A DNA stretch of 31,645 nucleotides from an uncultured Muribaculaceae bacterium (GTDB lineage: Bacteria; Bacillota_I; Bacilli_A; RF39; UBA660), in NCBI GenBank assembly GCA_964393945.1, contig CAYMVR010000001.1:1-31645 (forward strand), given 5' to 3'. A program made the position numbers and the translations under genes. Of the stretch, positions 18,021-27,079 are shown piece by piece (within the stretch, counting starts at the first letter, position 1; each line of letters opens with the position of its first letter). The notes beneath the pieces were generated by a model. That model worked only from the letters and a program-made list of their open reading frames with translations, searched no databases and had not been told where the DNA came from.

Positions 18021-18772
18021 ATGTAATCATCTATATCAATATCTTGATACCCTCTACGATATAAATACTCTTTGATTTTGTTTTTTGTTGTATAAATATC
18101 ATATTTATTTATGTATTTATTATATAAACGGTTTATTATTTTTTCTATTTCATATTCATTTTCAGAAACTTCTATTTTATCTAAGCAGGAATTAATACTA
18201 TCAATATTAAAACCTTTAGTTATTAATTCACTTGTTGTTTTTCCCTTAAATTCATTTGCACTCTTTTTATTTGACTTTAATTTTTTAGTTATATATTTTT
18301 CTATTTTTTCTATATATACATTCTGATTAATTTTATTTAAGTAAATATTAATCTCCGACTCAAAAAATCCTAAATGCATTAAATCTTTCTTTATTTTTTT
18401 CTCCCCTTCTGTGTATAGCGCTAGACGATCATGAATATAGGCTTCAATATATACTTTAGAATTTAAATAGCCATCTTTTTTTAAATGTTTGATTGTAGTA
18501 TTAATCGTATCTGTATCGTATTCTTTCTTCTTTAAAAAACTTACTATTTCTTTTTCACAACGCATTTTGATACTTATATATTTTATGGAATCATAATAAG
18601 CCGCTAGTAAACTATTTTCTTTTAAGATATTTTCTAATTCTTTCTTGGTAATATCTTTTTTTAGTAATAATTCACTTTTTATAATGATATCATCATAAAG
18701 TTTGTATTCTTTATTATCGATAATGACTTTATATATATTCCCTTTATCTTTTTTATATTTTTCTATTTTCAT
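18002..18772 (-). CDS. recX: Regulatory protein RecX
   Basis: YISIKMRCEKEIVSFLKKK, KDGYLNSKVY and KEYLYRRGY follow the Firmicute RecX repeat pattern. Confidence 0.85.
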   Translation of the reverse strand: MKIEKYKKDKGNIYKVIIDNKEYKLYDDIIIKSELLLKKDITKKELENILKENSLLAAYYDSIKYISIKMRCEKEIVSFLKKKEYDTDTINTTIKHLKKDGYLNSKVYIEAYIHDRLALYTEGEKKIKKDLMHLGFFESEINIYLNKINQNVYIEKIEKYITKKLKSNKKSANEFKGKTTSELITKGFNIDSINSCLDKIEVSENEYEIEKIINRLYNKYINKYDIYTTKNKIKEYLYRRGYQDIDIDDYIKKIPN

Positions 18773-18791
18773 TGTATCCTCTATCTTAAAT

Positions 18792-19916
18792 CTACTCTTT
18801 AATTATTCGGTTATATTCATTTATAAAGAAATCATCTGTCATACCAGCGATATAATCAATAACAATACGCTCGGGAGTATTTTTTTTAAAATAACTTTCA
18901 TCCATATTTTTTATGTAAGAATATATGATAGGCGACGATTCATTAAAATTTTTTATATCTAATAAGTAGGTATCAAATAATTTATTAAACTTTTCTTTTA
19001 ATTCATTAGATGTCTTACTAGATTCAGAATTACTATATATGTACTTATAATTAAATTTTTTTAATTCTTCAATTGCATTATATACTTTATCGCTTAATTT
19101 TATATAATTCTTATCATAACTATTCTCAATTATATCTGTAACACAGGCATTTACAATATCTTTGGTATTGTTTCCTAAAACTTCTGTAATACTTTTGGGT
19201 AAATCTTCTCTACTTACTAAGTGTACTCTTATAGCATCGTCTATATCTCTACCAAGATAAGCAATTAAGTCGCTTACTCTTACAACGCAACCTTCTAGAG
19301 TCATAGGGTTAAGACTTGTTAATATAGATTTATCGGTATACGTTTTTTTATATTCTTCTAAAAATTCTTCTTTTGTTTTCTTGCGAGGTTGGTACTTTCC
19401 TAAAGCAAATTCGCCATTATGACAAAGAACAGCATCTAGTACTTGAACAGAAATATTTAACCCTTTCCCAAAGTTTTCAATATCTTTTAAAACTCTAACT
19501 GATTCAACATTATGATTAAAAAAGCCTTCATTATGCTTTAGGCTAATCTCACTAAGTATCCTCTCCCCTACATGGCCAAAAGGCACATGACCTAAGTCAT
19601 GAGCTAAAGAAGCCGCTTCAATTAAATCTTCATTTAAATTTAAAGCTCTACCAATAGTACGCGCTATTTTGCTTACAAATTGAATATGAATCATCCTTTT
19701 AGATATATGATCATTATTAGTATAAGAGAATACTTGGGTTTTATCTTGATAACGTAAGAAAGCCAAAGAATAAATTATACGATCAATATCGCGAAAATAA
19801 GATGTCCTAATGTCTTCTTCTCTTTTTTCAAAATATATAGCGTCGCAATCGTGACTTGCGTACTTAGATAAATTATTATTATGTTTATGCATTGCTTCTT
19901 TTATTTGTTCATTCAC
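18792..19916 (-). CDS. HD-domain deoxyguanosinetriphosphate triphosphohydrolase-like protein
   Basis: RDIDRII, KTQVF, LAHDLGHVPFGHVGE, VSDLIAYLGRDIDDA, DYIAGMTD. Confidence 0.92.
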   Translation of the reverse strand: MNEQIKEAMHKHNNNLSKYASHDCDAIYFEKREEDIRTSYFRDIDRIIYSLAFLRYQDKTQVFSYTNNDHISKRMIHIQFVSKIARTIGRALNLNEDLIEAASLAHDLGHVPFGHVGERILSEISLKHNEGFFNHNVESVRVLKDIENFGKGLNISVQVLDAVLCHNGEFALGKYQPRKKTKEEFLEEYKKTYTDKSILTSLNPMTLEGCVVRVSDLIAYLGRDIDDAIRVHLVSREDLPKSITEVLGNNTKDIVNACVTDIIENSYDKNYIKLSDKVYNAIEELKKFNYKYIYSNSESSKTSNELKEKFNKLFDTYLLDIKNFNESSPIIYSYIKNMDESYFKKNTPERIVIDYIAGMTDDFFINEYNRIIKE

Positions 19917-19957
19917 TTTTATTCACCTAGAAATATTATACCAAAAAAAAGGCAATA

Positions 19958-19978
19958 AAAAAAGGCTTTAAGCCTTTT
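19958..19978 (-). terminator. Intrinsic terminator after the membrane-anchored protein gene
   Basis: AAAGGCT-taa-AGCCTTT followed by a T-run. Confidence 0.65.
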
Positions 19979-21380
19979 ACATCATAGAAGTAAGTAAGTC
20001 TTGAAGACCAAATTTTTCTAATATTTTATTTAAATTTTGTAAAAATTCACCAGCCTCAGCATCAGTCATATCATCCATTTTAATGCTTCCTGTGGTATCA
20101 ATTTCTGATACACTTTCTTTAACCATAGCATAATCTCCCTTTATGGCTAAATTAATTGGTTTTCCTAAAATAGAAGTATTAAATGTTATGTTTAAATCAC
20201 CACTGGCAACATCTTTGGTTCTTTTAATATTTGTTTCTTCAATTGTACCATTAAAAGTAGTACCCTCTATATTGAAACGATAATCTAATTTCGCTTCTTT
20301 ATTATTTTTGTTTTCTAATAAAAGTTCAATAATATCAGTTGTGCCATCATTAAATTTAAAATTTAATAAATCGTTTTTATCTTTAGAAATCGTTAAAGTT
20401 TGTCCTTCTGCTTCCATGATAAAATTAAATTCTTTATTTACACAATCAAAACTTAAAACTTTGGTATCATCACTTAAAAGTTCTCCTGCTATAACATTAT
20501 TTAAATTATCTGTGTATAAAACAATTACGATTTTGGCAGTATTACTTAAATCAGTTTTTTCTTTTAAACTTGTCTCTAAATCAGACTCAGAAATACCTAA
20601 AGATTCTATTAAAGCATTTTTTAATTTGGCATTAGATAAAATTTGTTCTTTTATAAAATTAATTGTTCTTTCCATATTTTTTTCATCTAAAATGTAACTT
20701 ACTTTTTTACCTTTATATTCTTTATTACTAATAGTTATTTTAGAATCTTCAGTTTTAAATTTATCTTTATCTAAAGAATCAATTATAATGGTTTTCATTT
20801 CTTTTAGTATTAATTCATAATTATCATAGTCAAATTTGGCAGCATTGCCATTTATAGTAAATCCTGTGGTAGCATCTTCAAAAATATTTTCTTCTGAAAC
20901 ATTAATAACTTTACTGAATAATTCGTTGCATTTTAAATAGATACTTTCATTAGTATAAGCAAGAATAGCATCCATAATGGTTTCGTTTTTATCTTTAACT
21001 CCAAATTTTAAATTCATAAGCTCTTTAGATAAATCCATGCCTAAACCTAAATTATAATCTAAATTAGTAAAATTTGATAATTCAGGAATATTACTTTCTA
21101 ATTTAGCATTTAACTTTATTTTAAAAGGTTCTTTACTAGCATCTAAATCCATAGCGTTTTCTTTATAATCTTTTAGCATACTATTTAAAGATTTATAAAC
21201 ACTATTGATACTATCTTTATAAATACTTACGGGGTCATTATTTAATCTCTTATAACCAAAATATAGTCCTATACCAATAGCTATAACAATTAATAACCCT
21301 CCAATAATAAATTTTGTTTTGCTTTTTTTGTTTTGCTCGCTTGAAGTAAGCGTTTCTAACTCTAATTCATTTTCATTCAT
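19977..21380 (-). CDS. Hypothetical membrane-anchored protein with large extracytoplasmic domain
   Basis: Single N-terminal TM (FIIGGLLIVIAIGIGLYFGY); no catalytic motif recognised. Confidence 0.75.
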   Translation of the reverse strand: MNENELELETLTSSEQNKKSKTKFIIGGLLIVIAIGIGLYFGYKRLNNDPVSIYKDSINSVYKSLNSMLKDYKENAMDLDASKEPFKIKLNAKLESNIPELSNFTNLDYNLGLGMDLSKELMNLKFGVKDKNETIMDAILAYTNESIYLKCNELFSKVINVSEENIFEDATTGFTINGNAAKFDYDNYELILKEMKTIIIDSLDKDKFKTEDSKITISNKEYKGKKVSYILDEKNMERTINFIKEQILSNAKLKNALIESLGISESDLETSLKEKTDLSNTAKIVIVLYTDNLNNVIAGELLSDDTKVLSFDCVNKEFNFIMEAEGQTLTISKDKNDLLNFKFNDGTTDIIELLLENKNNKEAKLDYRFNIEGTTFNGTIEETNIKRTKDVASGDLNITFNTSILGKPINLAIKGDYAMVKESVSEIDTTGSIKMDDMTDAEAGEFLQNLNKILEKFGLQDLLTSMM

Positions 21381-21455
21381 ACATATACACCCTTCTCCTA
21401 TAATTATATTAATTGTATCAAATTTTAAGTAAAATTTATATACAATTTGAATGCT

Positions 21456-22175
21456 TTACATTAATTTTTTTAAAAAACTTTTACTTTTTAAATAAAGCCC
21501 TGTATATCTGTCATAATATTTATCTAGAAATGAATTTATTTCTTCTTTTACTTGATCACTTATTTTTAAGGCACTAATACTTTTTATTTCAACATAATAA
21601 TACATACGAAGCATTTCTATTGTTTTATGGCTTACGATAGGTTCATTTTGATAGCAATTCCCACATATATATCCACCAATATCGCCATCAATAGTTACTA
21701 TATTAGTTTTATTACCACACTTGGCACAAGAATCTAAATTTAAACCCACTCCTAAGTTATCCAAATATTTGATTTCTAAAATATTACACATGATTAAAGG
21801 GTCTAAGCCATCATTTATCTTCTTGATAGTAGCAAGATATGGCTCATATATATTATCGGTTGTTTGTTTTGCAACTTGTTCTGTTAATTCCGTTAAATAA
21901 TTCATATAACTTAATAAAACGATATCACTTTTAATGGTATTTAAGGGATTTATAACATCAACACTTATTAGTGTAGATAATTTATTTTCTTTATAATATA
22001 TGTTAAAGGTGCCATAAGTGAATTTTAAAGTAGTGGCTCTAAAAGGGCTTTTTATATTTTTAGCACCTTTACACATAATGCTAATTATGCCATCTGGTGT
22101 AAAAACATGAATTATTTTGGATGTTTCTCCATATGGTATTTCTTTGATTATCATACCCTCTATTTTTTTAATCAC
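21456..22175 (-). CDS. recO: DNA repair protein RecO
   Basis: YGETSKII, G.ISIMCKGAK, zinc finger CAKC...CGNC; position downstream of era. Confidence 0.95.
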   Translation of the reverse strand: MIKKIEGMIIKEIPYGETSKIIHVFTPDGIISIMCKGAKNIKSPFRATTLKFTYGTFNIYYKENKLSTLISVDVINPLNTIKSDIVLLSYMNYLTELTEQVAKQTTDNIYEPYLATIKKINDGLDPLIMCNILEIKYLDNLGVGLNLDSCAKCGNKTNIVTIDGDIGGYICGNCYQNEPIVSHKTIEMLRMYYYVEIKSISALKISDQVKEEINSFLDKYYDRYTGLYLKSKSFLKKLM

Positions 22176-22231
22176 TTTGACCTCACCTTATTTATTATAA
22201 CAAATTAAATAATCTCTGAAAATAATAAAAT

Positions 22232-22254
22232 AAAAGAAGACTTATTTTGTCTTC
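22232..22254 (-). terminator. Intrinsic terminator of mazEF
   Basis: GAAGAC-N7-GTCTTC followed by TTTT. Confidence 0.65.
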
Positions 22255-22258
22255 GTGT

Positions 22259-22594
22259 TTATAAGCATGATTCAAGTAATTCAAGAATATTTTCAAAATC
22301 TTCTTTACCTGCTTTTTCTATATATTTTACGTTTCTGATTTCGTAATCAATACTTCTAATATGTTCACATAAAACCGAACCTTTTATTTTTTTAGTATCT
22401 TTTAACAAATAATGAGTCGGAAATTCTTTAACATTTGATGTGATAGGACATGATATTACCATTTTGGTGTTTTTATTAAAAATATCATTTGAGACTACCA
22501 CCGCTGGTCTATATCCTTTTTGTTCATGTCCTTTTGTTGGATTAAAATCAAGAAAGATAATATCTCCTTGTCTAGGAATATAAGCTTTTACCAT
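22259..22594 (-). CDS. mazF: Type II toxin, MazF/PemK family endoribonuclease
   Basis: GDIIFLDFNPTKGHEQKGYRPAVVVS, CPITS, GSVLCEHIRSID. Confidence 0.95.
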   Translation of the reverse strand: MVKAYIPRQGDIIFLDFNPTKGHEQKGYRPAVVVSNDIFNKNTKMVISCPITSNVKEFPTHYLLKDTKKIKGSVLCEHIRSIDYEIRNVKYIEKAGKEDFENILELLESCL

Positions 22595-22830
22595 ATTTCT
22601 TTTCCTTTTGGTTCATCCCAAGTAAAGTCTTTCGCTAAATTTTCTCCATTGTAGTTTTCAAATCGTTCTTCAAGTGATATCTTTACTCTTTTAGGTTTAC
22701 TTATAATTATTTCATCGTTTTCGTATCTTAAATCTACTTTGTCATTTGTTTTTAAATCTAAAGATTTTAGAAAACTACTTGGTATTCTTATGCCATCTGA
22801 GTTTCCCCATTTTTGAAGTCTCGCTTCCAT
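22588..22830 (-). CDS. mazE: Type II antitoxin, AbrB/MazE/SpoVT family
   Basis: LQKWGNSDGIRIP...DEPKGKEIW; overlaps the toxin start. Confidence 0.95.
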   Translation of the reverse strand: MEARLQKWGNSDGIRIPSSFLKSLDLKTNDKVDLRYENDEIIISKPKRVKISLEERFENYNGENLAKDFTWDEPKGKEIW

Positions 22831-22852
22831 ACAATCATCTCCATCTATATAT

Positions 22853-22881
22853 AGTATATACTTTGTTTAAACATTTGTCAA
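22853..22881 (-). promoter_or_regulatory. sigmaA promoter of mazEF with an embedded palindrome (possible autoregulatory operator)
   Basis: TTGACA-N17-TATACT; perfect palindrome TGTTTAAACA at 22864-22873 in the spacer. Confidence 0.75.
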
Positions 22882-22899
22882 GTAAAAAGAAGGCAACTT

Positions 22900-22998
22900 C
22901 TATTTATCGTCTTCTTCTTTTTCTATTCTTTTATAATCTAAATAATCTTCTATTTTACCGGATTTTTGAAATTTTTTCCAAGCTTCCTTCTTATTCAT
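22900..22998 (-). CDS. yqzL: YqzL-family small protein, 32 aa (not in ORF track)
   Basis: MNKKEAWKKFQKSGKIEDYLDYKRIEKEEDDK shows the W..F..TG.I..YL.YK pattern; RBS AAGGTGA; B. subtilis has the era-yqzL-recO order; terminator AGAAG-ttgc-CTTCT-TTTT follows. Confidence 0.8.
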   Translation of the reverse strand: MNKKEAWKKFQKSGKIEDYLDYKRIEKEEDDK

Positions 22999-23057
22999 GT
23001 TTATCACCTTTCTATATATGTTATGTGGTGATTAAGAATTTTTTATACACTTTTTAG

Positions 23058-23939
23058 TTAAAAATCTAAAAATCCTAGTTCTTTTATATATTTTTCTTTA
23101 TCTTTCCAGTTAGCAATAGTTTTAACATATAACTCTAAATATACTTTCTTTTTAGTCATTGCTTCTATTTCTTCACGAGCTAAAATACCAATGCTTTTTA
23201 ACCTTTCACCTTTTTTACCAATAATTATTTTTTTAATGGTATCTCGGTCAACTATAATATCTACATGAACTTCAATTAAGTCTTTTTTCTCTTCATAATA
23301 TACGGTATGGCAGGTAAGACTATGTGGAATTTCTTCAACAGTAACTTGAAATAATTTTTCTCTTACTATTTCACTTATCATAAAGTATTTACTATTACTT
23401 GTTTTCATATCCTCTGGAAAATACCTAATATCATCTTTTAAATATTTTTTGATAACTTCAATTAATCTATCAGTATTATCTTTCTCTAAGGCAGATATTG
23501 GAACAATTTCCGCGAATGGATATAAATCTTTATATTCATTAATATTATATATGATATCTTCTTTGGTAATTTTATCTATTTTATTTAAAACTAAAATGAC
23601 TGGAGAATCGGATTTCTTTAAAACATCAAGAATAAATTTATCTCCTTTACCTAAACCAGTTGAGGCATCTACAACAAACAATATAACATCAATATCTTTT
23701 ACCAAACTAAGTGCTTGTTTATTCGTAACTTTCCCTAATTTATTTATAGGTCTAATAATTCCTGGAGTATCCATGAATACTATTTGATAATCACTCTCAT
23801 TGTATATACCTTGAATGATATTTCTGGTTGTACCCGCAACAGTTGATGTGATAGCAACTTTTTCATTTATAAGTGTATTTAACAAAGTTGATTTTCCAAC
23901 GTTTGGTCGACCTATTAAACTAACAAAACCACTTTTCAT
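23058..23939 (-). CDS. era: GTPase Era
   Basis: GRPNVGKST, TTRN, DTPG, NKID, KH domain IIIGKKGERLK. Start ATG 23939 behind GGGGG. Confidence 0.98.
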   Translation of the reverse strand: MKSGFVSLIGRPNVGKSTLLNTLINEKVAITSTVAGTTRNIIQGIYNESDYQIVFMDTPGIIRPINKLGKVTNKQALSLVKDIDVILFVVDASTGLGKGDKFILDVLKKSDSPVILVLNKIDKITKEDIIYNINEYKDLYPFAEIVPISALEKDNTDRLIEVIKKYLKDDIRYFPEDMKTSNSKYFMISEIVREKLFQVTVEEIPHSLTCHTVYYEEKKDLIEVHVDIIVDRDTIKKIIIGKKGERLKSIGILAREEIEAMTKKKVYLELYVKTIANWKDKEKYIKELGFLDF

Positions 23940-23980
23940 AATAAATTCCCCCAATATATTTTACTATTCATATTTGCCCC

Positions 23981-24400
23981 CTATAAAGAAAATAATTCCA
24001 TTAAATATGGTCCAAATACAAACATACTAATAACTATAGATACAATTGACATAACAAAACTTGCAGCAGATCCACAGTCTTTAGCAATTTTGGCTAATGG
24101 ATGAATCTTAGTTGTAGTTAAATCAACGGCTGCTTCTATCGCAGTATTTATGAGTTCAAGAGCCAAAATAGAGCCTAAGGCAACAAAGATTATTGCCCAT
24201 TCTGATAATTTAATTTTAAATATTATACCCATGATAACAGCAAGTAAAGTTGCAAGACCATGAAGCCATAAACTTTGTTCATAGCGATAGGCATATAATA
24301 ATCCATCTAAAGAATATTTGATACTTTTAAAAAAACGTTTTATACCATATACCTTAACATTATCACGATTAAATTCTTTATCTTGTAATTCCTTCTTCAT
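23981..24400 (-). CDS. dgkA: Diacylglycerol/undecaprenol kinase DgkA
   Basis: LELINTAIEAAVD, AKIAKDCGSAA; located between ybeY and era. Confidence 0.93.
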   Translation of the reverse strand: MKKELQDKEFNRDNVKVYGIKRFFKSIKYSLDGLLYAYRYEQSLWLHGLATLLAVIMGIIFKIKLSEWAIIFVALGSILALELINTAIEAAVDLTTTKIHPLAKIAKDCGSAASFVMSIVSIVISMFVFGPYLMELFSL

Positions 24401-24821
24401 TTAAAATCCTCTCTTGTAAATCAAACATTACTTTTTCATCTTCTTTTTCCATATGATCATATCCTAGGAGATGGAGTAAGCCATGAACTGTTAAAAATGA
24501 TAATTCTCTTTTGAGAGAATGGCCATAATTCTCTGCTTGTTCGATCATTCTTGGAATACATATATATATATCCCCTAAAACTCTTATCTTAGATTTTATT
24601 TTTTCATTATCTTCAAAAGCAAAGGATATGACATCTGTTACTTTATCAATACCTCTATACTCCTTATTTATGTTTTGAATTTCATCAGCATCTACAAAAA
24701 TAATAGAAAAATAAGCATTCTTAACATTCTCATGTTTCATGGTTCTTTTAATTACTTTTTTTAAATAGTTATATTTAAAATCAACACCAAAATTGTCATT
24801 TATTTCATATTTTATTTTCAT
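24378..24821 (-). CDS. ybeY: Endoribonuclease YbeY
   Basis: NKEYRGIDKVTDVISF, GDIYIC, HGLLHLLGYDH. Probable start ATG 24821. Confidence 0.96.
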   Translation of the reverse strand: MKIKYEINDNFGVDFKYNYLKKVIKRTMKHENVKNAYFSIIFVDADEIQNINKEYRGIDKVTDVISFAFEDNEKIKSKIRVLGDIYICIPRMIEQAENYGHSLKRELSFLTVHGLLHLLGYDHMEKEDEKVMFDLQERILNEEGITR

Positions 24822-25453
24822 ATTACTTGGACCCCCATTCTGCCCAATAAATATATTACCATAAATAATAAAATTATAAAACATATAACATTATAAATTA
24901 AATCATTATCAAAGATGCCAGGCAAGTATTTTCTGATGGCATTTAGGGCAACATATATTAAAAAACCAATGATACCTCCTAAAACATTTAATATTATATC
25001 ATCAACATCAAAACTTCTGCCAATACATGATTGAACAAATTCAATAGTTGTACTGGAAATAGCACTTACGATTAAGATTGGTAAAATTCGATTAGGTTTA
25101 ATATATTTAGAAATAAAGTAACCAAAAGGGATAAACATAACAATATTTCCAACTACATTGAAATAGAAATTATTGCTTCCTATTTCATAACGAAATATTT
25201 CTGTAAAAGGTACTAAATTAAAGCCACTATTGTGATTTAATTCAGTTCTAGTTAGTAGTTCATATAATAGTAAGATATAAATAATAAATAACAAGTTAGA
25301 AAATTCTTTATGAAAAATAAATTTCTCATTATTAGAACGAATGGCCGCGATTCTAACACTTGCAATTATTACTAAGAATATTGTTAGCATAGGCCAAATA
25401 TTATCAATTGAGGTTGTGATTATTTTCGTTATTCTCTCTATCACTGGTATCAC
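24818..25453 (-). CDS. VanZ-family membrane protein
   Basis: NLVPF, GNIVMFIPFG, IEFVQ, GRSFDVDDIILNVLG; overlaps the yqfD 3' end. Confidence 0.9.
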   Translation of the reverse strand: MIPVIERITKIITTSIDNIWPMLTIFLVIIASVRIAAIRSNNEKFIFHKEFSNLLFIIYILLLYELLTRTELNHNSGFNLVPFTEIFRYEIGSNNFYFNVVGNIVMFIPFGYFISKYIKPNRILPILIVSAISSTTIEFVQSCIGRSFDVDDIILNVLGGIIGFLIYVALNAIRKYLPGIFDNDLIYNVICFIILLFMVIYLLGRMGVQVI

Positions 25454-26594
25454 TTTCCATTTCTACTTCAAAGTATTCTTCAACTCCTATTTGTTCTTTT
25501 ATAGCAACAAACATTTCTATATCTAAGTTACCATTAAATACATTTTTTTTCAATACTTTTTCTTCCATTATATCAGAAATATCTACACCTTTGACAGATA
25601 ATTTTTCGTGAATTATTTTAGTTATTTCTTTTTGGGCTTCTTCTTCATTATATTTTTTTTCTGTTACTTCTAATTCTTTTTCTTTTTGAAGATAAAACTT
25701 CATATTTCCTATTTTTAAAATTTCTTTATTTTCAACTTTTTTATTTTCAGAAACTCTACTTTTTAAGATTGTATATTTAAAATCATTAATATCAACCATG
25801 AAGTTATAACGCATCTTGCCTGTTTCTTTTTCTTCTTGATAGGTAAGTGGAAGAGATGCAGAGACATTATACCACACCTCGGCATAGACAAGCCCTTTAG
25901 CACAAACATTTTCTTTAACTTCATCATTTAGTTTTATCATACCATTAATTAAAATGTCACCTTTTTGAACATAATCATTTTTCCTGACTTCAGCCACGCC
26001 TTTTTCGGTTAAGATATTGGTTATAATACCTGATTTATTTGCTACAATATGGCATGTTCCATAATTTTTACTTATATTATTTTCAATTCGTTCTTCAATT
26101 CTAATATTAATAACCATACCATCAACATCTATTTCTAACCACTCAATACGGTCTTTATACTCTTCCTTGATACTTGCTATAATACGTTCATATTCATCAT
26201 AACTTTTTTTAAAGGTGAATGGTTCTACTCCTCTTTCTTTTAGAGCTGTACTTAATAAATCTCTTATTTCTTTTTTAGAATGAATAACATTTACTTTGAC
26301 AATGATATTAGATAGTATTAAAAAGACAATAGTACTAAAAATAATACTTACTATTATTAGCAAATTCTTTTTTAGTTCACTTTTTAATTTATAAAATCCT
26401 GTTTCATCAATTATTTCTATTCGTTCACTTACTAAGTATTTACGCGCTCTTTTTAAATCTGATGCTAGTATTTCAAAAACTAAATAGTCCCCATTATATG
26501 AAATATTCTTGATACTAACATTTATCCGATTTAGTTTTAATAAAATGTTACTTTTTTTATTCGTTTTTATCCGTACCAATGTGTAATGTTTCAT
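25404..26594 (-). CDS. yqfD: Stage IV sporulation protein YqfD (SpoIV)
   Basis: N-terminal domain, TM, then HIVANKSGII...GVAEVRKNDYVQKGDILING...AKGLVYAEVWY; downstream of yqfC. Confidence 0.88.
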   Translation of the reverse strand: MKHYTLVRIKTNKKSNILLKLNRINVSIKNISYNGDYLVFEILASDLKRARKYLVSERIEIIDETGFYKLKSELKKNLLIIVSIIFSTIVFLILSNIIVKVNVIHSKKEIRDLLSTALKERGVEPFTFKKSYDEYERIIASIKEEYKDRIEWLEIDVDGMVINIRIEERIENNISKNYGTCHIVANKSGIITNILTEKGVAEVRKNDYVQKGDILINGMIKLNDEVKENVCAKGLVYAEVWYNVSASLPLTYQEEKETGKMRYNFMVDINDFKYTILKSRVSENKKVENKEILKIGNMKFYLQKEKELEVTEKKYNEEEAQKEITKIIHEKLSVKGVDISDIMEEKVLKKNVFNGNLDIEMFVAIKEQIGVEEYFEVEMESDTSDRENNENNHNLN

Positions 26595-26833
26595 CTTTGA
26601 AACCTCATTTCATTAATTGTCCCTTTGATTAAGATTTCATGATTATCCATAGCACTTACAATTAAATCTTCACCTTCAATAATTAAATTAAATTCTTTTA
26701 ATTTTAATTCTATTTTTTTACTACTTAATTCTATTAATGATTCATAATAATAGACATGTAAGCAATTATTAAATATATCGATATAGTAATCTTGGTCCAT
26801 AAGGAAATTTTGAAGATTTTTTACGATACGCAT
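26591..26833 (-). CDS. yqfC: YabP/YqfC-family sporulation protein
   Basis: LHVYYYESLIELSSKKIEL...IEGEDL...EILIKGTI; probable start ATG 26833 behind AGGGTGA. Confidence 0.82.
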   Translation of the reverse strand: MRIVKNLQNFLMDQDYYIDIFNNCLHVYYYESLIELSSKKIELKLKEFNLIIEGEDLIVSAMDNHEILIKGTINEMRFQR

Positions 26834-26876
26834 AAATCTCACCCTTATAAACTTTATGCATTTCATTTCTTTTCAA

Positions 26877-26901
26877 AAACAAAAAGAGATTTTAAGTCTC
26901 T
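26877..26901 (-). terminator. Intrinsic terminator after the RHH gene
   Basis: AAAGAGA-cttaaaa-TCTCTTT followed by TTGTTTTT. Confidence 0.6.
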
Positions 26902-27059
26902 TTCTCATCAATATTATTTAAAGCATATATACATGCTTCAATTACAAACTTTGTAAAACTAATATTACTCTTTCTTGCTTCTTTTTCAATTCTTTCTATT
27001 AAACTTTTAGGAAATCTAATATTCTTAAGAATCTTTTCTTCTTTTTCTATTTTAAACAT
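26892..27059 (-). CDS. Ribbon-helix-helix (Arc/CopG/MetJ-like) DNA-binding protein, 55 aa (not in ORF track)
   Basis: MFKIEKEEKILKNIRFPKSLIERIEKEARKSNISFTKFVIEACIYALNNIDEKET: beta strand KNIRFP, helix, turn S-N-I-S, helix; RBS GAGGAG. Confidence 0.8.
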   Translation of the reverse strand: MFKIEKEEKILKNIRFPKSLIERIEKEARKSNISFTKFVIEACIYALNNIDEKET

Positions 27060-27079
27060 TATCTAAACTCCTCGTAACT

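Noticed and set aside
2637-25526. Short ORF-track entries overlapping real genes (2637+, 2859-, 2863+, 4409+, 5475+, 6946+, 10200-, 14896+, 15599+, 18111+, 20308+, 22746+, 23449+, 23815+, 25341+)
   Set aside because: Antisense or alternate-frame shadows of well-supported CDSs, with no RBS, no motif and composition typical of reverse-strand reading.
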